Of a stretch of DNA of 64,000 nucleotides, positions 51,185 to 60,423 are shown in pieces. Source of the DNA: Thermodesulfobacteriota bacterium (GTDB lineage Bacteria > Desulfobacterota > Binatia > Bin18); the NCBI GenBank assembly GCA_964291405.2, contig OZ219926.1:2880001-2944000 (forward strand), given 5' to 3'. Numbering within the stretch: the stretch's first letter is position 1; every line of letters starts with the position of its first letter. The notes beneath the pieces are model-generated. The model saw nothing but the letters and a program-made list of their open reading frames with translations. It had not been told where the DNA came from and searched no databases. The position numbers and the translations under genes were made by a program.

Positions 51185-51665
51185 ACGCCTGTTCCGGGTA
51201 TGCCCGCCCGTTTGGGTCGCACTGATCGTCTGGAGTTTTTCCGTGGCCCAAGCGGCTCCTCCGACGAATCAGGAGATGGAGGCTGCGCTCACCTGCCAGT
51301 GCAGCTGTGGCCTGACCGTGCATAGCTGTAACCACTTGCAGTGTGGCTTTGCCATTCCGGCCAAAGAGCAGATTGCCGAGCAGCTTGAACAAGGCGCATC
51401 CCGCGAAGCCATTCTCGCCTCTTTTGTGACGCGGTATGGAGAAAAAGTGCTGTCCGCACCAACGGCCACGGGCTTCAATCTCACTGCCTGGGTAACACCT
51501 TTTCTGGTCGTTCTGATTGGCGCCGTGAGTATTGGCTTGATTGCGCGCCGCTGGACAAAAAATCGGCCCTCAGTCCAGGCTGCATCGTCTCCAGCCACCT
51601 CCGCACCAACCCCGAACCCGTATCAGGAACGACTCAAAAAAGAGCTTGAGACGTTCGAGAGCTAA
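51174..51665 (+). CDS. ccmH: CcmH-like protein with an expanded Cys motif
   Basis: LTCQCSCG..CNHLQC, FVTRYGEKVLSAP; TTG start inferred. Confidence 0.7.
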   Translation: MRNRRLFRVCPPVWVALIVWSFSVAQAAPPTNQEMEAALTCQCSCGLTVHSCNHLQCGFAIPAKEQIAEQLEQGASREAILASFVTRYGEKVLSAPTATGFNLTAWVTPFLVVLIGAVSIGLIARRWTKNRPSVQAASSPATSAPTPNPYQERLKKELETFES

Positions 51666-51675
51666 ACGGAGAGCC

Positions 51676-52020
51676 ATGACCTTTGTGCTGTATGCCGCCG
51701 GAATTGTTTTGGTCGGGCTGATTGCCGTTCTGGTTGCCTGGCCCTTACTGGCTGCGCAGACAGAGTCCGTCCAGCCTCTCCCAGCCGCAGAGCACATCGT
51801 CCGCTGGGAAAAACAAAAAGCGGCTGCCTATGCCGCTATTAGAGAAGCGGAATTTGACAAACAAATGGGAAAGCTCACGGACGAAGATTATCAATTCATC
51901 CGGCAGAAATACGAAGCGCGAGCAGTTGAAGCGCTCGCGCGGCTCGACCAGCTCGCCGGGTCTATGGAGTCTATTGGGTCTATGGAGTCGGTTGAGTCCC
52001 GACCCAAAGAACCCAAATGA
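51676..52020 (+). CDS. Small membrane-anchored ccm-associated protein (CcmI N-terminus-like)
   Basis: TM then AIREAEFDKQMGKLTDEDY. Confidence 0.65.
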   Translation: MTFVLYAAGIVLVGLIAVLVAWPLLAAQTESVQPLPAAEHIVRWEKQKAAAYAAIREAEFDKQMGKLTDEDYQFIRQKYEARAVEALARLDQLAGSMESIGSMESVESRPKEPK

Positions 52021-52736
52021 CTCAACCGACCCAACAGACCTCTTGGGTTGTTGAGGCGCGAAATCTCCACAAGACCTTTGCGTGGACGCCGGTTCTCAAT
52101 GACATATCGTGTCGCATTGCTCCTGCCGAGGTGGTCGGCATATTTGGTCCGAACGGGGCCGGCAAGACCACGCTGTTGCGGCTCTTGGCGACGCTGCTGA
52201 CACCCACCTCAGGCAGGCTGACCCTCTTTGGCTCAGCCTCTTCCGAGCTGGCGGTCCGGCGAAAAATAGGTTTTCTCGGCCACGAGAGCTATCTGTATCC
52301 TGACCTCACCCCGGAAGAGAATCTCACCTTTTACGGTCGCGCCTATCAGGTCCCGAACCTCAAAGACCGCATTGCCCAACAATTGGAATACGTCGGCCTC
52401 CAGGACTGGCGGACAATGCCGGTCCGTTATTTCTCGCGTGGGATGGAACAGCGCCTCAGCTTCGCCAGAGCCCTCCTGCACGACCCCACTCTTTTCCTCC
52501 TTGATGAGCCCGACACCGGCCTCGACCCCAGAGGGCTCTCGACCCTGCATGCCACCCTAACTCAGGCAAAAGACCAGAAGAAAACCGTTATTCTCACCTC
52601 GCACGATTTTGAACGCAGTCGGGAGCTGTGTACCCGTGCCCTCATCCTGCACCGCGGACGGATTGCCTGGCAATCCGAGGAAGCCCTCCCGTCTCCGCAA
52701 GGGTTTGTCGAACTCTATACCGCGTGTACGCGCTAG
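52017..52736 (+). CDS. ccmA: Heme ABC exporter ATPase
   Basis: GPNGAGKT, FSRGMEQR, LDEP. Confidence 0.9.
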   Translation: MTQPTQQTSWVVEARNLHKTFAWTPVLNDISCRIAPAEVVGIFGPNGAGKTTLLRLLATLLTPTSGRLTLFGSASSELAVRRKIGFLGHESYLYPDLTPEENLTFYGRAYQVPNLKDRIAQQLEYVGLQDWRTMPVRYFSRGMEQRLSFARALLHDPTLFLLDEPDTGLDPRGLSTLHATLTQAKDQKKTVILTSHDFERSRELCTRALILHRGRIAWQSEEALPSPQGFVELYTACTR

Positions 52737-52744
52737 GCTGTCCC

Positions 52745-53398
52745 ATGTGGGCGATTCTTTGGAAAGATCTTCTCCTTGAACTGCGCACCAAAGAACGGGT
52801 GTCCTCTCTGCTGGTCCTGGCCCTGCTGATTATCCTGGTGTTTGTTTTTGCCCTCACTCCGGAGCAATTGCACCAGCCCGCCTTTGGCTCTGCCCTGCTC
52901 TGGGTCGCGCTCGTTTTTGCCGGCATGTTGAGCATCCAGCGTGCGTTCATTCTTGAACAGGAACGCAACTGCTTTGCCGGCCTCCTACTCTGTCCGATTG
53001 ATCCCGGTCAGGTGTTTTTTGCAAAGTTCCTGAGCAATGTCTGCTTTCTGGTTATAGTGGAAGCCGTTGTGGCACCACTCACGCTTGCGCTGCTCGGTCT
53101 GTCCTTCTCGGTCTCTCTGTTTGGGCTGCTGCTCGTCCTGCTGTTCGGTATTGTGGGCTTCTCAGCCTTGGGGACGCTGTGCGCCGCGATTGCCGTGCGG
53201 ACGCGAGCGCGGGAAATCATTCTGCCGCTCATGCTCCTCCCTCTCCTGGTTCCACTCTTCATTGCGGCGGTGAATGTCACCGGAGCACTCCTGGCCGGAG
53301 AAGTCTGGACGGGGACGTGGTTCCGTGTGCTGGTGGCGTTTGATGTTATTTTTGTGGTGACCGGCTGGCTGACGTTTGGTTTTGTTGTGCAAGAATAG
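52745..53398 (+). CDS. ccmB: Heme exporter protein B
   Basis: WKDLLLELR, LPLMLLPLLVP; operon context. Confidence 0.9.
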   Translation: MWAILWKDLLLELRTKERVSSLLVLALLIILVFVFALTPEQLHQPAFGSALLWVALVFAGMLSIQRAFILEQERNCFAGLLLCPIDPGQVFFAKFLSNVCFLVIVEAVVAPLTLALLGLSFSVSLFGLLLVLLFGIVGFSALGTLCAAIAVRTRAREIILPLMLLPLLVPLFIAAVNVTGALLAGEVWTGTWFRVLVAFDVIFVVTGWLTFGFVVQE

Positions 53399-53424
53399 GA
53401 GAGCCGCCTGTGGATGGAGTGCGT

Positions 53425-54107
53425 ATGAACACGGTGACGTCTCGTTCGGAGTTGGTTGACTCTTTTCTGCCGTGGCTGACGTGCGTGGCGATGTTGGCCG
53501 CTCTGGCCATGGTTTTTCTGTACGTCCCCAACGAACGGGTGCAGGGCGAGGTGCAGCGTATTTTTTATTTCCATCTGCCGTCAGCCTGGATGGCGTTTCT
53601 CGGCTTCTTTATTGTGGCCGGGGCGAGTGCGGCCTTCTTATGGCAAGGCAAGCGCTCGGCTGACCTGCTGGCCCGGGCCGCCGCCGAACTCGGCATGGTG
53701 TTCTGTTCGCTCGTCCTGCTGACCGGCCCCCTCTGGGCGCGTCCGATCTGGGGCGTGTGGTGGACCTGGGACCCCCGCCTCACCATGACGCTGGTGTTAT
53801 GGTTGATTTATGCCGCCTATGTTCTGCTGCGTGTTTTTGCCGGGGATAACGAGACGGTCGCGCGATATGCCGCCGTCCTGGGCATCGTTGGCGTGATCGA
53901 TATCCCGCTGCTCTATATTTCCATTCGTCTCTGGCGCGGCATTCATCCCAAGGTCGAACAGATGGCGCCGGAAATGGCCTGGACGCTGCTGGTGTGTACC
54001 GGGGCGTTTGTGTGTGTGTTTACCTGGTTGCTACGGCTCAGGTTACGCAGCTGCACTTGCGCGACGAAATCAGAGCCCTGCGCCAGTACGTGGTGGCGGC
54101 CTCATAG
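53425..54107 (+). CDS. ccmC: Heme exporter protein C; apparent one-base deletion near 54041
   Basis: RIFYFHLP, WWD domain WARPIWGVWWTWDPRLT, IHP; the alternative frame gives TQLHLRDEIRALRQ..* at 54107. Confidence 0.88.
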
Positions 54108-54108
54108 T

Positions 54109-54132
54109 CCCGTCCTGAGCCGAGTCGAAGGG
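54109..54132. repeat. CCTGAGC..GTCGAAGG small dispersed repeat; second copy at about 28865-28888
   Basis: GTCCTGAGCC(G/T)AGTCGAAGGG at two loci. Confidence 0.7.
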
Positions 54133-54144
54133 AAAGGAAAAAAT

Positions 54145-54294
54145 ATGCCGTATTTGTTTGCCGCGTTCAGCGTTGTGTGGCTTGTGATTTTTCTGTATGC
54201 GCTGTCGATCTCCCGCCAGCAGCGGGAGCTGTCCCGGGAGGTTGAAACGCTCCGGCGGATGACGGAAGAGAAGACGAATACGGAATCGTCGTGA
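54145..54294 (+). CDS. ccmD: Heme exporter protein D
   Basis: MPYLFAAFSVVWLVIFLY..RQQREL; own AAGGA RBS. Confidence 0.8.
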   Translation: MPYLFAAFSVVWLVIFLYALSISRQQRELSREVETLRRMTEEKTNTESS

Positions 54295-54684
54295 GTGTGA
54301 GTCTACTATGAGCCGGAGGAGCCCTTGAACAAGATTCAGGCTACGGTGATCGACGCATTCCATACGATCTTAGGCGCAAAAAAAGCTCAGGCGCTCCTGC
54401 TAGAGTTTGACCTGTCACGGTTGAGAAATTCGATGAAGAAGTAGACGCCTGCCATGCAAGTCGGTGTGCCTCGCCGCCTTTGACTGCCGGCTCTGAACTT
54501 TGTAGGGTTTACCAGGGTCGCGGCTATGACAGCGGCGTTGATACGCCGGAGGGGACCGTGAAGTCTTGCTCCCGCCTGGCGCACCTCGGCCCAGGGCTGC
54601 GCTACGTTGCGCCCGCCGCCCTTGACTGTGGAGCCTCTTTTTTTGCTTTCCGGGTGAGCATATTGTGTCCGGAAGGAAGACGGT

Positions 54685-54894
54685 ATGGAACACGAAATCA
54701 TCACCGCGTGGGCGGGGGTCGGGATTGGGGTCGGGCAGTTGTTGCTGATCGCCTGGGGCTTGCGGCAGATAGGCAAAGCCTCCCAGGAGCGGAACCGACA
54801 ACTAGACATCATGGAGGCCGCCCAGCGCCGCCAGGGTGACGCGCTTGAGCGGCAAGGCGAAGTCTTAGCCGAGCTGTTACGGCGCACCGCCTAG
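54685..54894 (+). CDS. Small TM plus coiled-coil hypothetical protein
   Basis: 69 aa, hydrophobic N-terminus, RQGDALERQGEVL repeat. Confidence 0.6.
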   Translation: MEHEIITAWAGVGIGVGQLLLIAWGLRQIGKASQERNRQLDIMEAAQRRQGDALERQGEVLAELLRRTA

Positions 54895-55077
54895 CCCCTC
54901 CCCACACCCCTGAACATTACCGGGGTTTCTGGCGGGGTATCAATCATGTTGCTGGGGTGTTCCCACGAGCCCAAAAGAGCCTTCTTTCGGGTATGATAGT
55001 CCTCTGCTTACAGGATTCGAGATTTTCCTAGCTGCCTGTACGGCAGTGAACACGTAGATTGTATCGGCATTCAACTT

Positions 55078-55114
55078 GTTTCAATCCTCACTGGCCCGTT
55101 AGGGTCGGTGCTTC
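55078..55114 (-). CRISPR. Solitary 37-nt CRISPR-like repeat of a different family
   Basis: Minus strand GAAGCACCGACCCTAACGGGCCAGTGAGGATTGAAAC with an internal hairpin and ATTGAAAC end. Confidence 0.65.
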
Positions 55115-55167
55115 CCTGTACGGAGTGAGAACGACCCTTTTCCCCCAGGAAAAGGGAGGATACGGGA

Positions 55168-55463
55168 GTGCTCAACGCCTTACGGCATCTGATAGGTCGT
55201 TACGAATATCAAGGCCAACCAAGACGGCGCGGAGCTATTAGTGCTCAACGCCTTACGGCATCTGATAGGTCGTTACAACTCCTCAAGAACGAAATCAAAG
55301 CCCTCGAAATAGTGTGCTCAACGCCTTACGGCATCTGATAGGTCGTTACTTCGGCCATTTTCCGTGCCTGAATTGTCGCTTCCGGTGCTCAACGCCTTAC
55401 GGCATCTGATAGGTCGTTACGCGAGAGTTTTTGTCGGACGGAACGCGAGCAATGTGTGCTCAA
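55168..55463 (+). CRISPR. Orphan CRISPR array: 4 identical 36-nt repeats plus a truncated 5th; spacers 37/37/35/35 nt
   Basis: GTGCTCAACGCCTTACGGCATCTGATAGGTCGTTAC at 55168, 55241, 55314, 55385; GTGCTCAA at 55456; orientation inferred. Confidence 0.95.
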
Positions 55464-55508
55464 GAAAATCGAGCATCAGGGAGACACCCTCGAATATCCC
55501 CTTGAAAG

Positions 55509-55590
55509 TTACAATTGGCCGACCCCCAGCCTTACAATTGGCCGACCCCCAACCTTGCAATTGGCCGCCTATCACGCTTACAATTGGCCG
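55509..55590 (+). repeat. Four direct repeats TTRCAATTGGCCG with an exact 23-bp period
   Basis: Units start at 55509, 55532, 55555, 55578; the last one abuts ATG 55591. Confidence 0.9.
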
Positions 55591-56839
55591 ATGGCCACGA
55601 CTCCCCTCTACCCACGCTACGCCGAACGCCCTCTCACCGAGGCGCTGGCGGACTCGCCGGCGGTGCTTATCCACGGGCCACGCCAGTGCGGGAAGACCAC
55701 CCTGGCCCGCATGGTGGGCGAACCCCGGGGATACGCCTATATCAGCTTCGACGACAACGTGGCCCACGAGGCCGCCAAAGCCGACCCCGCGGGTTTTGTT
55801 GGCCGGCTGCCGGAGAGGGTCATCCTGGACGAAGTGCAGCGTGTGCCCGCCCTCTTCACCGTCTTGAAAACAGCAATCGATCGACGGCGCGTGCCGGGCC
55901 GATTCCTGCTGACCGGCTCTGCTCAGGTGCTGCTGTTGCCCCGTCTGTCCGAATCGCTGGCCGGCCGGATGGAAATACTGCGGCTGCATCCGCTGGCCCA
56001 GTGCGAGTTGGAACGGCAACCCCCAACCTTTCTTGACGCGCTGTTCTCAGGTGGATTCAGGACCATACACAGCGACCGGCTGGCAGACACGCTGGCCGAG
56101 CGGGTCGCGGCCGGAGGCTACCCCGCGGCCCTCGCCAGAAAAACCGGACGGCGACGAGCCAACTGGTACCGTGACTACGTTGACGCCCAGCTACAGCGGG
56201 ACGTGCGGGATATGGCCCGCATCACGGCCCTGGACGTTCTGCCGCGTCTCCTCAGCGCGGCGGCCTCACAGACGGCGAGACTGTACAACCTGTCCACCCT
56301 CGCTGCGCCCTTCCAACTGAGCCGCCCGACCATTGGCGATTACGTTGGACTCCTGGAGAAGGCCTTTCTCATCGACCGGCTCCCCCCGTGGCATAGCAAC
56401 CGACTCAGCCGCTTGGTCAAAACGCCCAAGCTGCACCTCGGAGACTCCGGCCTGGGCTGCGCTCTGATTGGGGCCGATACCGCGACCCTGACAAAGCACC
56501 GCTCCCTGTTGGGGCAGTTTCTGGAGACCTTTGTGTTGCAAGAGTTGAAGCGGCAGGCCAGTTGGCACGACGCGGCCCTGGCGTTCTATCACTTCCGGGA
56601 CAAGGACCGGGCCGAGGTGGATATCGTCATCGAACGCGGCGCGCTGGCGGTAGCCGGTGTTATCACGCTTACAAGTGAAAGCCGCGGCGACCGTAACGCC
56701 CTCCGACTTCGGCGGTCTGCGCAAGCTGCGAAAAGCTGCCGCCGAACGCTTCAGCAGCGGCGTGGTGCTCTACGACGGCGAGATTGGAGCCAGCTTCGGC
56801 GACGGCCTGTACGCTGTGCCGTTCGGAATGTTGTGGTAA
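55591..56839 (+). pseudogene. AAA+ ATPase (AAA_14 + DUF4143-type, C-terminal PD-(D/E)xK-like); frameshifted near 56661
   Basis: GPRQCGKT, ILDEVQ, LTGS, GGYP, KTPKLH..DSGL, EVDIVIE; continues in another frame as VKAAATV..GVVLYDG. Confidence 0.85.
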
Positions 56840-56935
56840 AAGTAACCCGGCCCAACAGGTCGGCACACCACAAACGACAATTGAAAATCTCTATATCGAA
56901 GGAGTAACCACTCAGCCTACGCCAAACCGCCAAGC

Positions 56936-57883
56936 TCAACTCCCGCTGGAAAGGGAGGCCAGGTGAGGCTCAAGAAACTCGAGCATCAGGGAGACGCACG
57001 CCTCCGGCTGCTCAAGTTGGAGAAAATGGGTCGTGTCGGGGATGAAGTCGTAGTCGAGAATGATGAGGTCGCTCAGGTCCACACTTGGTAAAAACGAGAA
57101 CGGCTGGGTGGGGTCGGCTCCGATGGCCTTGGTGGGACAGGAGAGACGGTCAAGGTTTACGGCGCACGCCCATTGATACCCCTCCTCGGATACCTGGGCT
57201 TCGTATTCGCGCGGGCAACGTAATGCGTACCCCGTTCCGTCGGCGTCCCGACGGAGCGTCGTCTGCGCGATCAGGTCCGCCACGCCGGGCCGCAAGAGCT
57301 TGAAGGTGGGCGTGCCACGGATACGCTCGGCGAATTCCTCCTGCGTCTCGAATCGTTCCTGACGCCTCCGGGCCGCCTTGCCCAGCCGGAGCATCGTCGC
57401 CTCCAGCTTCTTCAGGTCTTGTGGAGGCCGACCGGGCGGGCAGAGGACCGGATCGAACAACACCAGAACCGAGAACACCGCTCGCTCCGCTGCTTGCAGG
57501 ACTGCCGTCTGTGCCGACACCGAGTGAAAAATACCAATTTTTGATTTTGCACCGAAGTGCTGATCGATGCCCTGCGCGATGTGCTCGGTGTCCTGTACGA
57601 AGGTGGGAATGGTATGCGCTTTTTGCTCGCCGGTCGGGTTCCAACCGTGGTTACGAAGATCGTACAGGACCACGTCGAACCGGTCGATGAGCAGCGACCA
57701 GAACGGAAAGTAGGCGTCCGCAGAAAATCCGTTCGCGTGGCTGAGGACGAGCCGCGGCCCCTCCGGGTTGCCGTGCCGTCTGAGGATGATAGGAGTTCCG
57801 TCGGCCATGCGGACCTCGGCCACGGCCAGCGGCTCGGGGACCTCCCAGCGCCCGGAGTCGGTGGGGGAGGGGGATTGATTCAC
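56936..57883 (-). CDS. Alpha/beta hydrolase
   Basis: SHANGF, YDLRNHG, FHSVS, THFLQLE. Confidence 0.8.
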   Translation of the reverse strand: MNQSPSPTDSGRWEVPEPLAVAEVRMADGTPIILRRHGNPEGPRLVLSHANGFSADAYFPFWSLLIDRFDVVLYDLRNHGWNPTGEQKAHTIPTFVQDTEHIAQGIDQHFGAKSKIGIFHSVSAQTAVLQAAERAVFSVLVLFDPVLCPPGRPPQDLKKLEATMLRLGKAARRRQERFETQEEFAERIRGTPTFKLLRPGVADLIAQTTLRRDADGTGYALRCPREYEAQVSEEGYQWACAVNLDRLSCPTKAIGADPTQPFSFLPSVDLSDLIILDYDFIPDTTHFLQLEQPEACVSLMLEFLEPHLASLSSGS

Positions 57884-59367
57884 TTCGATAAGGCCTCCTG
57901 CCCGAAGCGCTCAGTAGCCTCCAGGGTCTCACGCACATCGTTCCAGGTCGTGGTGTGGTTGAGTATGCACAGCCTGAGCGAAAACATTTTCCCGACGAGC
58001 GTTGATGACATGAGCGCGCGATCTTCCCAAAAGACACGGGCGAGCACATTCCGGTTGATCTCTTCCAGGACTTTCTCGTCGAGGTCGGTGCCCGTGGGGT
58101 TGATCCGGAAACATACGATTCCCAGCGATACGGGGGTCAATATCTCCAGGGTCGGGCTCTCCCGGACGTACGCCTCGGCCCGGTCGGCCAACTCCATCCC
58201 CTTTGAGACCGCCCGCCGGAACGCGCCCAGCCCGAAGGTCTGGATAGACATCCAGACCTTCAAAGCCCGAAGCGAGCGACTCAGTTGCAAGCCGCGATCT
58301 GCGAAATTGGGATGGTCCGCGCCCCATATCGTATCCTGGAGAACATCGTGATGGACCTCGAACGCGCGCTCAAGCGTGCGGCCGTCCTTCACCAGCAGGC
58401 AGCCCGCCTCGTAGGGCTGAAAGAACCACTTGTGCGCGTCCAGCCCGATCGAATCGGCGCGCTCAATTCCATGCAAGAGCCCTTTGCCCTGTTCGGTCAC
58501 GATCGCGAAGCCACCGTATGCGGCGTCAACATGCAGCCAGATTCCTTCCGCCTCACAGAAGTCCGCCATGGCTTCAAGCGGATCAATAGCCCCGGTGCTG
58601 GCCGCCCCGGCGTTGGCGCACACCGCGATGGGACTGAACCCCGCAGCGCGGTCCTCAGTCACGGCACGTGTGAGTGCCCCCATGTCCAGACGGGTGTGCG
58701 GGTCGCTCGGAACCATGCGAATACACTCCGGTCGGACACCGATAATCATTGCCGCGCGGCTGAGTACGCTATGGCTCTGGTCGCTCATATACACGGTCGC
58801 GCGCTCAGGGTGGCCGGCCGCCTCCCGGGCAGCAACGAGGGCGTCAAGGCTGGCAGCCGCACCCCCGCTCGTGAAAAGTCCGCCGGCGCTCTCGGGATAA
58901 TCGAGCCAGCGCCGAAACCAGTCGATGACAACCAACTCAAGCTGGCTCGGACCGCTCGCGACCAGCCAGGTGACGGTGTTGATGTTATATCCGGCGGCCA
59001 TAAAGTCGGCCAGCACACTCGGCCAGGTAGGGGACGACGGGATAAACGCGAAGCAACGCGGATGATCCAGGCGCGTCGCGAACGGGAGGACCTCACGCGC
59101 GACCTGTTCAAGGACCTCCGCCGCCGGTCGGCCGTCCTCGGGCGGGTCCTTCAGCAGTTCCTCCTCAAGCCCCTGCCGAAAATCCCCCTCCCAGGCATCT
59201 TCTCCGGGCAAGCGCTCATTCCGCTCGACCAGTATCTCCGCGGCCTTGCGGGCGAGATCACGCATCAGCTCGGGCGACATCTGGAGGTCGCCGCCCGCTC
59301 CCGACTCTTTCTCGCTCTCCGTTAGGGCGGAAGGTGTTTCTTTGCTTCTTTTTGAGTCTCCCGCCAT
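57880..59367 (-). CDS. Group II PLP-dependent (aromatic amino acid-type) decarboxylase
   Basis: HPRCFAFIP, GAIDPL, WLHVDAAYGG, DAHKW. Confidence 0.9.
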   Translation of the reverse strand: MAGDSKRSKETPSALTESEKESGAGGDLQMSPELMRDLARKAAEILVERNERLPGEDAWEGDFRQGLEEELLKDPPEDGRPAAEVLEQVAREVLPFATRLDHPRCFAFIPSSPTWPSVLADFMAAGYNINTVTWLVASGPSQLELVVIDWFRRWLDYPESAGGLFTSGGAAASLDALVAAREAAGHPERATVYMSDQSHSVLSRAAMIIGVRPECIRMVPSDPHTRLDMGALTRAVTEDRAAGFSPIAVCANAGAASTGAIDPLEAMADFCEAEGIWLHVDAAYGGFAIVTEQGKGLLHGIERADSIGLDAHKWFFQPYEAGCLLVKDGRTLERAFEVHHDVLQDTIWGADHPNFADRGLQLSRSLRALKVWMSIQTFGLGAFRRAVSKGMELADRAEAYVRESPTLEILTPVSLGIVCFRINPTGTDLDEKVLEEINRNVLARVFWEDRALMSSTLVGKMFSLRLCILNHTTTWNDVRETLEATERFGQEALSK

Positions 59368-59435
59368 TGATATGCCCCTCTTTCTGATCTCCCTGTCGTG
59401 AGGGAGCCTGTATGATAGGGAGGGTAGCGGTCTTG

Positions 59436-59692
59436 GGTAGTGTCTCAGTTTACCATTTGTTCTTCATCCGCGTCCGGTCCGCCCTTCCCTCTCGTCTCAG
59501 GGCCTGCGGTGACCGGGCAGTCTTGCTCCCGCCGGACGTCCCGCGGCCTGGGGCCAAGCCGGAGCGGGGTCGCCCATCCTCATCATTTGCTCATAAATTA
59601 CTAGGTTTACTCAGAAATTACTAGGGACAACTGGCGCAGGTCCGATGGTCAAACTCCATCGTCTAGTTGTGGCTGGACCGTATCTGAAACAC
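59436..59692. mobile_element. Degenerate MITE-like element
   Basis: Left end GGTAGTGTCTCAGTTT; internal TTACTAGGGACAAC shared with 63835; right end degenerate. Confidence 0.45.
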
Positions 59693-59693
59693 G

Positions 59694-60350
59694 CTAGCCC
59701 CTACCGGCCTTGGCGTTTTCCGCCCACTCCTGCATGGATATGGTGCCGCCCGCCTTTTCCGTCCGGCCCTGATCTTTCGGCGGCAGGACGTCCTGTAGCA
59801 TGTCGATACGTTTCCATTCCGCGAGCGGGGTTTCACCCGCCGCTCGCGGAACGTACCGGGACGGAGAAACTTTCTGGTAGCGATGGACATAGCGGGGACA
59901 GTTGGTCCAGATTTCGGACACCTGCACCCGAACGATCAGCTCGGCCTCTTTGTATTCGGCCATCAGCGCATCATCGGCCGAGACGCTTGCCCGGCCCTGC
60001 AGGCGGACCCGGTTCGGCGTCTCAAAGTCGATGAACAACAGGCCGACTTCGGCGTTGCCCGCGATATTCCCCATCGAGAAAAACATGCCGTTGCCGTCAT
60101 AGCTGGGGAACACGACCGTCTGCTCGTCAATCGCTTTGACAAAGCCGGGGTCGCCGCCTTTATACGAGACCGTGGGCCGGCCCTGATGGTCAATGCTTGA
60201 GAGGAAAAACATATCCCGCGACTCGATAAAGGCTTTATCGCCCTTGCCGATTGCGGTCTTGACCACCGCTTCTTCCACCCGGTCCGCCAGCTTGCGCGTT
60301 GCAAACCGGTCTTGCAGGGCGCGATGCCGCTCGCCGTACAGTCGGCTCAT
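59694..60350 (-). CDS. Pyridoxamine 5'-phosphate oxidase-like FMN-binding protein
   Basis: SYKGGDPGFV, YDGNGMF.SMGNI, NCPRY. Confidence 0.88.
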   Translation of the reverse strand: MSRLYGERHRALQDRFATRKLADRVEEAVVKTAIGKGDKAFIESRDMFFLSSIDHQGRPTVSYKGGDPGFVKAIDEQTVVFPSYDGNGMFFSMGNIAGNAEVGLLFIDFETPNRVRLQGRASVSADDALMAEYKEAELIVRVQVSEIWTNCPRYVHRYQKVSPSRYVPRAAGETPLAEWKRIDMLQDVLPPKDQGRTEKAGGTISMQEWAENAKAGRG

Positions 60351-60423
60351 CGTGTTTCTCCTCTCAAGAGCTGTGGCACCTTACTCAGGTATCGCCGTGA
60401 GCGCCCCTCGTGCAGGGAACGCC

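Noticed and set aside
53410-54294. Genuine CcmC-CcmD fusion
   Set aside because: One added base restores a normal CcmC end at 54107; ccmD has its own RBS; the linker is a translated repeat
55509-55590. 23-bp array as a second CRISPR
   Set aside because: 13-nt core with 10-nt, partly identical linkers is too short for repeat-spacer units
55364-55590. ORF starts within the CRISPR and repeat region, including the 55456 start for the ATPase
   Set aside because: These are translations of repeats; the family-like N-terminus starts at ATG 55591
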